64,000 nucleotides of DNA, from assembly GCA_963920595.1 (NCBI GenBank), contig OY986949.1:3658001-3722000 (forward strand). Direction: 5' to 3'. Below are positions 1-14,900 of the stretch, piece by piece. Under the pieces are notes generated by a model that was given only the letters and a program-made list of their open reading frames with translations, made no database searches and was not told the origin of the DNA. Both the position numbers and the translations under genes were made by a program. Origin of the DNA: Eimeria praecox (Eukaryota). Each line of letters opens with the position of its first letter. Position 1 is the stretch's first letter.

Positions 1-3000
1 CAGGTCACTATCTGCCATGCATATGCCCCAGATTGCCGCACTCCCCACACATTCAAGCCCTGCGCTTCCATTGGCCTCCTACTAATTTACGCCTGTGGAA
101 CGCCCCACACCAAAACAGCTTTGCCTATCCTCCGAACAAAACACGCAAACACCACTGGTAGCCTCATTCCATGCACAACGCCCTCACGCGCACAATGCAA
201 CACAACCAGCACCCGCCAAACCTCCCTGCGCAGGAGCCGCCTACCAAGCCACCTCCGCAACACCCACTTGCTGTGGTCTCTGAAAATCAACAACAACGTA
301 AGCCAGCGACCCTGCTAAGGGCAAGCTTCCATCCAAACCAACAGCCATAATCTATTCCCCAAACCACCAGCAGGTCACTATCTACCATGCATATGCCCCA
401 CATTGCCGCACTGTTCGCACATTCAAGTCCTGCGCTTCCATCGACCACCAAATACTTTACGCCTATGGAACGCCCCACACCAAAACAGCTTTGTCTATCC
501 TCCAAACAAAACACACAAACACCACTGGCAGCATCCGTCCATGCACAACGCCCTCACGCGCACGCTGTAACACAACCAGCACCTGCCAAACCTCTCTCTC
601 TCTGCGCAGGAGCCGCCTACCAAGCCACCTCCACAACACCCACTTGCTGCGGTGGCTGAAAACCAACAACAACGTAAGCCAGCGACCCTGCTAAGGGCAT
701 ACCTCTCTCCAAACCAAGCGGCATAATCTATTCCCAAAAATACCAGCAGGTCACTATCTACCATGCATCTCCGCCACATTGCCGCACTCCCCACACATTC
801 AAGTCCTGCGCTTCCATCGACCTCCTACTACTTTACGCCTATGGAACGCCCCACACCAAAACAGCTTTGTCTATCCTCCGAACAAAACACACAAACACCC
901 GTGGCAGCGTCCGTATAGGCACTAACCCCTAACGTGCGCACTGCAACACAACCAGCACCTGCCAAACCTCTCTCTCTTTGCGCAGCAGCCGCCTGCCCTG
1001 CCAACTCCACAACACCCACTTGCTGCGGTGGCTGAAAACCAACAACAACGTAAGCCAGCGACCCTGATAAGGGCACGACTCGCTCCAAACCAACAGCCAT
1101 AATCTATTCCCAAAACCACCAGCAGGTCACTATCTACCATGCATATGCCCCAGATTGGCTCACGCTTCACACATTCACGTCTTGCGGTTCCATCTAGCAA
1201 CTACTAATTCAAGCCTATGGAACGCCTCACACCAAAACAGCTTTGCCTATCCTCCGAACAAAACACACAAACACCACTGGTAGCCTCATTCCATGCACAA
1301 CGCCCTCACATGCCATGCATCTGCCCCAGATTGCCGCACTCCAAACCTCTCTCTCTCTTTGCGCAGCAGCCGCCTGCCCTGCCACCTCCACAACACCCAC
1401 TTGCTGTGGTGGCTGAAAATCAACAACAACGTAAGCCAGCGACCCTGCTAAGGGCATGCCTCTCTCCAAACCAACAGCCATAATCTATTCCCAAAACCAC
1501 CAGCAGGTCACTATCTGCCATGCATATGCCCCAGATTGCCGCACTCCCCACACATTCAAGCCCTGCGCTTCCATTGGCCTCCTACTAATTTACGCCTGTG
1601 GAACGCCCCACACCAAAACAGCTTTGCCTATCCTCCGAACAAAACACGCAAACACCACTGGTAGCCTCATTCCATGCACAACGCCCTCACGCGCACAATG
1701 CAACACAACCAGCACCCGCCAAACCTCCCTGCGCAGGAGCCGCCTACCAAGCCACCTCCGCAACACCCACTTGCTGTGGTCTCTGAAAATCAACAACAAC
1801 GTAAGCCAGCGACCCTGCTAAGGGCAAGCTTCCATCCAAACCAACAGCCATAATCTATTCCCCAAACCACCAGCAGGTCACTATCTACCATGCATATGCC
1901 CCACATTGCCGCACTGTTCGCACATTCAAGTCCTGCGCTTCCATCGACCACCAAATAACTTGCGCCTATGGAACGCCCCACACCAAAACAGCTTTGTCTA
2001 TCCTCCAAACAAAACACGCAAACACCACTGGCAGCATCCGTCCATGCACAACGCCCTCACGCGCACGCTGTAACACAACCAGCACCTGCCAAACCTCCCT
2101 GCGCAGGAGCCGCCTACCAAGCCACCTCCACAACACCCACTTGCTGCGGTGGCTGAAAGCCAACAACAAAGTAAGCCAGCGACCCTGATAAGGGCATACC
2201 TCTCTCCAAACCAAGCGGCATAATCTATTCCCAAAAATACCAGCAGGTCACTATCTACCATGCATCTCCGCCACATTGCCGCACTCCCCACACATTCAAG
2301 TCCTGCGCTTCCATCGACCTCCTACTAATTTACGCCTATGGAACGCCCTACACCAAAACAGCTTTGTCTATCCTCCGAACAAAACACACAAACACCCGTG
2401 GCAGCGTCCGTATAGGCACTAACCCCTAACGTGCGCACTGCAACACAACCAGCACCTGCCAAACCTCTCTCTCTTTGCGCAACAGCCGCCTGCCCTGCCA
2501 ACTCCACAACACCCACTTGCTGCGGTGGCTGAAAACCAACAACAACGTAAGCCAGCGACCCTGATAAGGGCACGACTCGCTCCAAACCAACAGCCATAAT
2601 CTATTCCCAAAACCACCAGCAGGTCACTATCTACCATGCATATGCCCCAGATTGGCTCACGCTTCACACATTCACGTCTTGCGGTTCCATCTAGCAACTA
2701 CTAATTCAAGCCTATGGAACGCCTCATACCAAAACAGCTTTGCCTATCCTCCAAACAAAACACACAAACACCCGTGGCAGCGTCATTCCATGCACAACGC
2801 CCTCACATGCCATGCATCTGCCCCAGATTGCCGCACTCCAAACCTCTCTCTCTCTTTGCGCAGCAGCCGCCTGCCCTGCCACCTCCACAACACCCACTTG
2901 CTGTGGTGGCTGAAAATCAACAACAACGTAAGCCAGCGACCCTGCTAAGGGCATGCCTCTCTCCAAGCCAACAGCCATAATCTATTCCCAAAACCACCAG

Positions 3001-5990
3001 CAGGTCACTATCTGCCATGCATATGCCCCAGATTGCCGCACTCCCCACACATTCAAGCCCTGCGCTTCCACTGGCCTCCTACTAATTTACGCCTGTGGAA
3101 CGCCCCACACCAAAACAGCTTTGCCTATCCTCCGAACAAAACACGCAAACACCACTGGTAGCCTCATTCCATGCACAACGCCCTCACGCGCACAATGCAA
3201 CACAACCAGCACCCGCCAAACCTCCCTGCGCAGGAGCCGCCTACCAAGCCACCTCCGCAACACCCACTTGCTGTGGTCTCTGAAAATCAACAACAACGTA
3301 AGCCAGCGACCCTGCTAAGGGCAAGCTTCCATCCAAACCAACAGCCATAATCTATTCCCCAAACCACCAGCAGGTCACTATCTACCATGCATATGCCCCA
3401 CATTGCCGCACTGTTCGCACATTCAAGTCCTGCGCTTCCATCGACCACCAAATACTTTACGCCTATGGAACGCCCCACACCAAAACAGCTTTGTCAATCC
3501 TCCGAACAAAACACACAAACACCTGTGGCAGCGTTCGTCCATGCACAACAACCTGATGCCCACACTCCAACACAACCAGCACCTGCCAAACCTCTCTGTC
3601 TCTCTGCGCAGGAGCCGCCTGGCCTGCCACCTCTACAACACCCACTTGCTGTGGTGGCTGAAAACCAACAACAACGTAAGCCAGCGACCCTGCTAAGGGC
3701 AAGCTTCCATCCAAACCAACAGCCATAATCTATTCCCCACACCACCAGCAGGTCACTATCTACCATGCATATGCCCCACATTGCCTCACTCCCCACACAT
3801 TCAAGTCCTGCGCTTCCATCGACCTCCTACTACTTTACGCCTATGGAACGCCCCACACCAAAACAGCTTTGTCTATCCTCCGAACAAAACACACAAACAC
3901 CCGTGGCAGCGTCCGTATAGGCACTAACCCCTAACGTGCGCACTGCAACACAACCAGCACCTGCCAAACCTCTCTCTCTTTGCGCAGCAGCCGCCTGCCC
4001 TGCCAACTCCACAACACCCACTTGCTGCGGTGGCTGAAAACCAACAACAACGTAAGCCAGCGACCCTGATAAGGGCACGACTCGCTCCAAACCAACAGCC
4101 ATAATCTATTCCCAAAACCACCAGCAGGTCACTATCTACCATGCATATGCCCCAGATTGGCTCACGCTTCACACATTCACGTCTTGCGGTTCCATCTAGC
4201 AACTACTAATTCAAGCCTATGGAACGCCTCACACCAAAACAGCTTTGCCTATCCTCCGAACAAGACACGCAAACACCACTGGCAGCGTCATTCCATGCAC
4301 AACGCCCTCACATGCCATGCATCTGCCCCAGATTGCCGCACTCCAAACCTCTCTCTCTCTCTGCGCAGCAGCCGCCTGCCCTGCCACCTCCACAACACCC
4401 ACTTGCTGTGGTGGCTGAAAATCAACAACAACGTAAGCCAGCGACCCTGCTAAGGGCATGCCTCTCTCCAAACCAACAGCCATAATCTATTCCCAAAACC
4501 ACCAGCAGGTCACTATCTGCCGTGCATATGCCCCAGATTGCCGCACTCCCCACACATTCAAGCCCTGCGCTTCCATTGGCCTCCTACTAATTTACGCCTG
4601 TGGAACGCCCCACACCAAAACAGCTTTGTCTATCCTCCGAACAAAACACGCAAACACCACTGGTAGCCTCATTCCATGCACAACGCCCTCACGCGCACAA
4701 TGCAACACAACCAGCACCCGCCAAACCTCCCTGCGCAGGAGCCGCCTACCAAGCCACCTCCGCAACACCCACTTGCTGTGGTCTCTGAAAATCAACAACA
4801 ACGTAAGCCAGCGACCCTGCTAAGGGCAAGCTTCCATCCAAACCAACAGCCATAATCTATTCCCCAAACCACCAGCAGGTCACTATCTACCATGCATATG
4901 CCCCACATTGCCGCACTGTTCGCACATTCAAGTCCTGCGCTTCCATCGACCACCAAATACTTTACGCCTATGGAACGCCCCACACCAAAACAGCTTTGTC
5001 TATCCTCCAAACAAAACACACAAACACCACTGGCAGCATCCGTCCATGCACAACAACCTGATGCCCACACTCCAACACAACCAGCACCTGCCAAACCTCT
5101 CTCTCTTTGCGCAGCAGCCGCCTGCCCTGCCAACTCCACAACACCCACTTGCTGCGGTGGCTGAAAACCAACAACAACGTAAGCCAGCGACCCTGATAAG
5201 GGCACGACTCGCTCCAAACCAACAGCCATAATCTATTCCCAAAACCACCAGCAGGTCACTATCTACCATGCATATGCCCCAGATTGGCTCACGCTTCACA
5301 CATTCACGTCTTGCGGTTCCATCTAGCAACTACTAATTCAAGCCTATGGAACGCCACACACCAAAACAGCTTTGCCTATCCTCCGAACCAAACACACAAA
5401 CACCCCTGGCAGCGTCGGTCCATGCGCAAACCCCTGACGCGCACACTGCAACACCAACAGCACCTGCCAAACCTCTCTTCGCAGGAGCCGCCTGCTCTGC
5501 CACCTCCACAACACGCACTTGCTGCAGTTGCTGAAACCCAACAACAAAGTAAGCCAGCGACCCTGCTAAGGGCAAGCTTCTCTCCAAACCAACAGGCATC
5601 ATATATTCCCAAAACAACCAGCATGTCACTACCTACCATGCACCTAACCCACATTGGCGCACTCTTCACACATTCACCTCCTCCGCGTCCATCGGCCAGC
5701 TACTTACTTATGGCTATGGAATCCCCCACACCACAAAAGCGTTGCTTATCCTCCGAAGAAAATTCATAAACACCCCTGGCAGCGTCCGTCCATGCACAAA
5801 CCCCTGACGCGCACAATGCAACACAACCAGCACCTGCCAAGCCTCTCTCCGCAGTAGCCGCCTACCCTGCCACGTCCACAAGACGCACTTGCTGTGGTGG
5901 CCAGACAGTAAACAACAACCTACGCCAGCGAGCCTGCTATGGGACAAGACACGCTGAAACCTAACAGCCATAATCTACTCCGAAGCCAAC
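1..5990. repeat. Satellite subfamily A: ~370-381 bp monomers in a ~1.5-kb tetrameric higher-order repeat (array continues left of the window)
   Basis: The marker CAGGTCACTATCT recurs at 1, 371, 747, 1123, 1504 ... 3001, 3371, 3749, 4125, 4506, 4876 and 5252. Blocks starting at 1, 1504, 3001 and 4506 are near-identical, while neighbouring monomers are more diverged. Monomers from ~5400 to ~6300 are intermediate between A and B. Confidence 0.96.
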
Positions 5991-8900
5991 CAGCAAGTGG
6001 CTATCTTCCATGTATCTGCCGGAGATTGGCGCACTCTTCACACATTCACGCCCTGCGCGTCCATCGACCAGCTACTCATTTACGCTAATGGAACGCCCCA
6101 CAAAGCAGCTTTGCCCAGTCTCCGAACAAAATAAACAAACCCCAATAGCAGCACTCGTCCATGCACCAAGCGCTGCCTCGCACAATGCGACAACAGCAGC
6201 ACCTGCCAAACCTCACTGCGCAGTAGCCGCCTGCCCGGCCACCTCCACAACACGCACTTCCTTCTTGGCCTGATGATAAACAACAACGTAACCACGCAAG
6301 GCTGCTAAGGGCAAGAGCCGTTGCAAAATGCCATCCGTAATCTATACCCAAGCCAACCACCAGCAATGCACTATCTACCATGTATCTGCCCCAAATTGTC
6401 GCACTCTTCACACATTCACGTCCACCGCTTCCATCGACCAGCTACTCACTTATGCCTATGCAACGCTGCACAGAAAACCTGTTCCTAAACCCCAAACAAA
6501 ACATAGAAACAACGGCGCCACCCTTGGTCCATCCAGAACGCGCTGTCGCGCACAATGCAACAACAGCAACACCTGCCAAACCTCACTGCGCAGTAGCCGC
6601 CTCCCCTGCCACCTCCACAGCACGCACTTCCTGTTTCGGCTGACGATAAACAACAACGTAACCAGGCAGGCCTGCTAAGGGCAAGAGCTGTTGCAAAACG
6701 CTATCCATAGTCTATCCCCACGCCAACCACCAGCAATGCACTACCTACCATGTATCTGCCCCAAATTGTCGCACTCTTCACACATTCACGTCCTCCGCTT
6801 CCATCGACCAGCTACTCACTTACCCCTATGCAATGCTGCACAGAACACCTGCTCCTAGACCCCAAACAAAACATAGAAACAACGGCGCCACCCTTGGTCC
6901 ATGCACAACGCGCTGCCTAGCACTATGCAACAACAGCCACACCTGCCAAACCTCACTGCGCACTAGCCGCCTGCCCTGTCAACTCCACAGCACGCACTTC
7001 CTTCTTGGCCTGATGATAAAAAACAACGTAACCAGGCAGGGCTGCTAAGGGCAAGAGCTGTTGCAAAATGCCATCCGCAATCTATACCCAAGACAACCAC
7101 CACCAATGCACTACCTACCATGTATCTGCCCCAAATTGTCGCACTCTTCACACATTCACGTCCACCGCTCCCATCGACCAGCTACTCACTTATGCCTATG
7201 CACCGCTGCACACAAAAGCTGTTCCTAAACCCCAAGCAAAACATAGAAACAACGGCGCCACCCTTGGTCCATGCACAACGCGCTGCCTCGCACAATGCAA
7301 CAACAGCCACACCTGCCAAACCTCACTGCGCACTAGCCGCCTGCCCTGTCAACTCCACAGCACGCACTTCCTTCTTGGCCTGATGATAAACAACAACGTA
7401 GCCAGGCAGGGCTGCTAAGGGCAAGAGCTGTTGCAAAACGCTATCCATAATCTATCCCCAAGCCAGCCACCAGCAATGCACTACCTACCATGTATCTGCC
7501 CCAAATTGTCGCACTCTTCACACATTCACGTCCTCCGCTTCCATCGGCCAGCTACTCACTTACCCCTATGCAACGCTGCACAGAAAACCTGTTCCTACAC
7601 GCCAAACCAAGTGCACAAAAACAGCCGCGCCACCCTTCGTCCACGCACAACGCGCTGCCTCGCACAATGCAACAACAGCAACACCTGCCAAACCTCACTG
7701 CGCTGTAGCCGGCTCCCCTGCCACCTCCACAACACGCACTTCCTGCTTCGGCTGACGATAAACAACAACGTAGCCAGGCAGGCATGCTAAGGCTAAGGGC
7801 AGGAGACGTTGCAAAACGCTATCCATAATCTATCCCCAAGCCAGCCACCAGCAATGCACTACCTACCATGTATCTGCCCCAAATTGTCGCACTCTTCACA
7901 CATTCACGTCCTCCGCTCCCATCGACCAGCTACTCACTTACCCCTATGCAACGCTGCACACAAAACCTGTTCCTACACGCCAAACCAAGTGCACAAAAAC
8001 AGCCGCGCCACCCTTCGTCCACGCACAACGCGCTGCCTCGCACAACGCAACAACAGCAGCACCTGCCAAACCTCACTGCGCAGTAGCCGGCTCCCCTGCC
8101 ACCTCCACAACACGCACTTCCTGCTTCGGCTGACGATAAACAACAACGTAGCCAGGCAGGCCTGCTAAGGGCAAGACCCGTTGCAAAATGCCATCCGTAA
8201 TCTATCCCCAAGCTAGCCACCAGCAATGCACTACCTACCATGTATCTGCCCCAAATTGTCGCACTCTTCACACATTCACGTCCTCCGCTTCCATCGACCA
8301 GCTACTCACTTACCCCTATGCAACGCTGCACAGAAAACCTGTTCCTAGACGCCAAACCAAGTGCACAAAAACAGCCGCGCCACCCTTCGTCCACGCACAA
8401 CGCGCTGCCTCGCACAATGCAACAACAGCAACACCTGCCAAACCTCACTGCGCAGTAGCCGGCTCCCCGGCCACATCCACAACACGCACTTCCTGCTTCG
8501 GCTGACGATAAACAACAACGTAGCCAGGCAGGCATGCTAAGGGCAAGAGCCGTTGCAAAATGCCATCCGTAATCTATACCCAAGCTAGCCACCAGCAATG
8601 CACTACCTACCATGTATCTGCCCCAAATTGTCGCACTCTTCACACATTCACGTCCTCCGCTCCCATCGACCAGCTACTCACTTACCCCTATGCAACGCTG
8701 CACAACAAACCTGTTCCTAGACGCCAAACCAAGTGCACAAAAACAGCCGCGCCACCCTTCGTCCACGCACAACGCGCTGCCTCGCACAATGCAACAACAG
8801 CAGCACCTGCCAAACCTCACTGCGCAGTAGCCGGCTCCCCTGCCACCTCCACAACACGCACTTCCCGCTTCGGCTGACGATAAACAACAACGTAGCCAGG

Positions 8901-11900
8901 CAGGCCTGCTAAGGGCAAGAGCCGTTGCAAAATGCCATCCGTAATCTATACCCAAGCTAGCCACCAGCAATGCACTACCTACCATGTATCTGCCCCAAAT
9001 TGTCGCACTCTTCACACATTCACGTCCTCCGCTCCCATCGACCAGCTACTCACTTACCCCTATGCAACGCTGCACAACAAACCTGTTCCTAGACGCCAAA
9101 CCAAGTGCACAAAAACAGCCGCGCCACCCTTCGTCCACGCACAACGCGCTGCCTCGCACAATGCAACAACAGCAGCACCTGCCAAACCTCACTGCGCAGT
9201 AGCCGGCTCCCCTGCCACCTCCACAACACGCACTTCCTCCTTCGGCTGACGATAAACAACAACGTAGCCAGGCAGGCCTGCTAAGGGCAAGAGCCGTTGC
9301 AAAATGCCATCCGTAATCTATACCCAAGCCAGCCACCAGCAATGCACTACCTACCATGTATCTGCCCCAAATTGTCGCACTCTTCACACATTCACGTCCT
9401 CCGCTTCCATCGACCAGCTACTCACTTACCCCTATGCAACGCTGCACACAAAACCTGTTCCTACACGCCAAACCAAGTGCACAAAAACAGCCGCGCCACC
9501 CTTCGTCCACGCACAACGCGCTGCCTCGCACAATAGAACAACAGCAACACCTGCCAAACCTCACTGCGCAGTAGCCGCCTGCCCGGCCACCTCCACAACA
9601 CGCACTTCCTTCTTGGCCTGATGATAAACAACAACGTAACCACGCAAGGCTGCTAAGGGCAAGAGCCGTTGCAAAATGCCATCCGTAATCTATACCCAAG
9701 CTAGCCACCAGCAATGCACTACCTACCATGTATCTGCCCCAAATTGTCGCACTCTTCACACATTCAGGTCCTCCGCTCCCATCGACCAGCTACTCACTTA
9801 CCCCTATGCAACGCTGCACAACAAACCTGTTCCTAGACGCCAAACCAAGTGCACAAAAATAGCCGCGCCACCCTTCGTCCACGCACAACGCGCTGCCTCG
9901 CACAATGCAACAACAGCAGCACCTGCCAAACCTCACTGCGCAGTAGCCGGCTCCCCGGCCACCTCCACAACACGCACTTCCCGCTTCGGCTGACGATAAA
10001 CAACAACGTAGCCAGGCAGGCCTGCTAAGGGCAAGAGCCGTTGCAAAATGCCATCCGTAATCTATACCCAAGCTAGCCACCAGCAATGCACTACCTACCA
10101 TGTATCTGCCCCAAATTGTCGCACTCTTCACACATTCACGTCCTCCGCTCCCATCGACCAGCTACTCACTTACCCCTATGCAACGCTGCACAACAAACCT
10201 GTTCCTAGACGCCAAACCAAGTGCACAAAAACAGCCGCGCCACCCTTCGTCCACGCACAACGCGCTGCCTCGCACAATGCAACAACAGCAACACCTGCCA
10301 AACCTCACTGCGCAGTAGCCGGCTCCCCTGCCACCTCCACAACACGCACTTCCTGCTTCGGCTGACGATAAACAACAATGCAACCAGGCAGGGCTGCTCA
10401 GGGCAAGAGCCGTTGCAAAATGCCATCCGTAATCTATACCCAAGCCAGCCACCAGCAATGCACTACCTACCATGTATCTGCCCCAAATTGTCGCACTCTT
10501 CACACATTCACGTCCTCCGCTTCCACCGACCAGCTACTCACTTACCCCTATGCAACGCTGCACACAAAACCTGTTCCTACACGCCAAACCAAGTGCACAA
10601 AAACAGCCGCGCCACCCTTCGTCCACGCACAACGCGCTGCCTCGCACAATGCAACAACAGCAACACCTGCCAAACCTCACTGCGCAGTAGCCGGCTCCCC
10701 GGCCACATCCACAACACGCACTTCCTCCTTCGGCTGACGATAAACAACAACGTAGCCAGGCAGGCCTGCTAAGGGCAAGAGCCGTTGCAAAATGCCATCC
10801 GTAATCTATACCCAAGGCAACCACCAGCAATGCACTACCTACCATGTATCTGCCCCAAATTGTCGCACTCTTCACACATTCACGTCCTCCGCTTCCATCG
10901 ACCAGCTACTCACTTACCCCTATGCAACGCTGCACAACAAACCTGTTCCTACACGCCAAACCAAGTGCACAAAAACAGCCGCGCCACCCTTCGTCCACGC
11001 ACAACGCGCTGCCTCGCACAATGCAACAACAGCAGCACCTGCCAAACCTCACTGCGCACTAGCCGCCTCCCCTGCCACCTCCACAACACGCACTTCCTGC
11101 TTCGGCTGACGATAAACAACAACGTAGCCAGGCAGGCCTGCTAAGGGCAAGAGCCGTTGCAAAATGCCATCCGTAATCTATCCCCAAGCTAGCCACCAGC
11201 AATGCACTACCTACCATGTATCTGCCCCAAATTGTCGCACTCTTCACACATTCACGTCCTCCGCTCCCATCGACCAGCTACTCACTTACCCCTATGCAAC
11301 GCTGAACAACAAACCTGTTCCTAGACGCCAAACCAAGTGCACAAAAACAGCCGCGCCACCCTTCGTCCACGCACAACGCGCTGCCTCGCACAATGCAACA
11401 ACAGCAGCACCTGCCAAACCTCACTGCGCAGTAGCCGGCTCCCCTGCCACCTCCACAACACGCACTTCCCGCTTCGGCTGACGATAAACAACAACGTAGC
11501 CAGGCAGGCATGCTAAGGGCAAGAGCCGTTGCAAAATGCCATCCGTAATCTATACCCAAGCTAGCCACCAGCAATGCACTACCTACCATGTATCTGCCCC
11601 AAATTGTCGCACTCTTCACACATTCACGTCCTCCGCTCCCATCGACCAGCTACTCACTTACCCCTATGCAACGCTGCACACAAAACCTGTTCCTACACGC
11701 CAAACCAAGTGCACAAAAACAGCCGCGCCACCCTTCGTCCACGCACAACGCGCTGCCTCGCACAATGCAACAACAGCAGCACCTGCCAAACCTCACTGCG
11801 CAGTAGCCGCCTCCCCTGCCACCTCCACAACACGCACTTCCCGCTTCGGCTGACGATAAACAACAACGTAGCCAGGCAGGCCTGCTAAGGGCAAGAGCCG

Positions 11901-14900
11901 TTGCAAAATGCCATCCGTAATCTATCCCCAAGCTAGCCACCAGCAATGCACTACCTACCATGTATCTGCCCCAAATTGTCGCACTCTTCACACATTCACG
12001 TCCTCCGCTTCCATCGACCAGCTACTCACTTACCCCTATGCAACGCTGCACACAAAACCTGTTCCTACACGCCAAACCAAGTGCACAAAAACAGCCGCGC
12101 CACCCTTCGTCCACGCACAACGCGCTGCCTCGCACAATGCAACAACAGCAACACCTGCCAAACCTCACTGCGCAGTAGCCGGCTCCCCTGCCACCTCCAC
12201 AACACGCACTTCCTGCTTCGGCTGACGATAAACAACAACGTAGCCAGGCAGGCCTGCTAAGGGCAAGAGCCGTTGCAAAATGCCATCCGTAATCTATCCC
12301 CAAGCTAGCCACCAGCAATGCACTACCTACCATGTATCTGCCCCAAATTGTCGCACTCTTCACACATTCACGTCCTCCGCTCCCATCGACCAGCTACTCA
12401 CTTACCCCTATGCAACGCTGAACAACAAACCTGTTCCTAGACGCCAAACCAAGTGCACAAAAACAGCCGCGCCACCCTTCGTCCACGCACAACGCGCTGC
12501 CTCGCACAATGCAACAACAGCAACACCTGCCAAACCTCACTGCGCAGTAGCCGGCTCCCCGGCCACCTCCACAACACGCACTTCCTGTTTCGGCTGACGA
12601 TAAACAACAACGTAGCCAGGAAGGCCTGCTAAGGGCAAGAGCCGTTGCAAAATGCCATCCGTAATCTATCCCCAAGCCAGCCACCAGCAATGCACTACCT
12701 ACCATGTATCTGCTCCAAATTGTCGCACTCTTCACACATTCACGTCCTCCGCTTCCATCGACCAGCTACTCACTTACCCCTATGCAACGCTGCACACAAA
12801 ACCTGTTCCTACACGCCAAACCAAGTGCACAAACCCGGTCCATGCACAACCCGCTGTCGCGCACAATGCAACAACAGCAACACCTGCCAAACCTCACTGC
12901 GCAGTAGCCGCCTCCCCTGTCACATCCACAACACGCACTTCCTCCTTGGCCTGACGATAAACAACAATGCAACCAGGCAGGGCTGCTCAGGGCAAGAGCC
13001 GTTGCAAAATGCCATCCGTAATCTATACCCAAGGCAACCACCAGCAATGCACTACCTACCATGTATCTGCCCCAAATTGTCGCACTCTTCACACATTCAC
13101 GTCCTCCGCTCCCATCGACCAGCTACTCACTTACCCCTATGCAACGCTGCACAGAAAAGCTGTTCCTAGACGCCAAACCAAGCGCACAAACCCGAATACC
13201 AGCCTTGGTCCATGCGCAAAGCTCTGTCGCGCACAATGCAACAACAGCAGCACCTGCCAAACCTCACTGCGCAGTAGCCGCCTCCCCTGCCACATCCACA
13301 ACACGCACTTCCTGTTTCGGCTGACGATAGACAACAACGTAGCCAGGCAGGCCTGCTAGGGGCAAGAGCCGTTGGAAAACGCCATCCGTAATCTATCCCC
13401 AAGCCCGCCACCAGCAATGCACTACCTACCATGTATCTGCCCCAAATTGTCGCACTCTTCACACATTCACGTCCTCCGCTTCCATCGACCAGCTACTCAC
13501 TTACACCTATGCAACGCTGCACACAACACCTGTTCCTCGAAGCCAAACCAAGCACACAAACCCGAATACCAGCCTTGGTCCATCCAGAACGCGCTGCCTC
13601 GCACTATGCAACAACAGCCACACCTGCCAAACCTCACTGCGCAGTAGCCGCCTCCCCTGCCACCTCCACAACACGCACTTCCTGTTTCGGCTAACGATAA
13701 ACAACAATGCAACCAGGCAGGGCTGCTAAGGGCAAGAGCCGTTGCAAAACGCCATCCGTAATCTATCCCCAAGCCCGCCACCAGCAATGCACTACCTACC
13801 ATGTATCTGCCCCAAATTGTCGCACTCTTCACACATTCACGTCCTCCGCTTCCATCGACCAGCTACTCACTTAAGCCTATGCAATGCTGCACAGAAAACC
13901 TGGTCCTAGACGCTAAACAAAGCGCAAAAACAACAGTGCCAGCCTTGGTCCATCCAGAACGCGCTGCCTCGCACTATGCAACAACAGCCACACCTGCGAA
14001 GCCTCACTGCGCACTAGCCGCCTCCCCTGCCGCATCCACAACACGCACTTCCTCCTTGGCCTGACGATAAACAACAATGCAACCAGACAGGGCTGCTAAG
14101 GGCAAGAGCCGTTGCAAAACGCCATCCGTAATCTATCCCCAAGCCAGCCACCAGCAATGCACTACCTACCATGTATCTGCCCCAAATTGTCGCACTCTTC
14201 ACACATTCACGTCCTCCGCTCCCATCGACCAGCTACTCACTTACCCCTATGCAACGCTGCACAGAAAAGCTGTTCCTAGACGCCAAACCAAGCGCACAAA
14301 CCCGAATACCAGCCTTGGTCCATGCGCAAAGCTCTGTCGCGCACAATGCAACAACAGCAGCACCTGCCAAACCTCACTGCGCAGTAGCCGCCTCCCCTGC
14401 CACCTCCACAACACGCACTTCCTGTTTCGGCTGACGATAGACAACAACGTAGCCAGGCAGGCCTGCTAAGGGCAAGAGCCGTTGCAAAACGCCATCCGTA
14501 ATCTATCCCCAAGCCCGCCACCAGCAATGCACTACCTACCATGTATCTACCCCAAATTGTCGCACTCTTCACACATTCACGTCCTCCGCTTCCATCGACC
14601 AGCTACTCACTTACACCTATGCAACGCTGCACACAACACCTGTTCCTAGAAGCCAAACCAAGCACACAAACCCGAATACCAGCCTTGGTCCATCCAGAAC
14701 GCGCTGCCTCGCACTATGCAACAACAGCCACACCTGCCAAGCCTCACTGCGCACTAGCCGCCTCCCCTGTCACATCCACAACACGCACTTCCTCCTTGGC
14801 CTGACGATAAACAACAATGCAACCAGGCAGGGCTGCTCAGGGCAAGAGCCGTTGCAAAATGCCATCCGTAATCTATCCCCAAGCCAGCCACCAGCAATGC

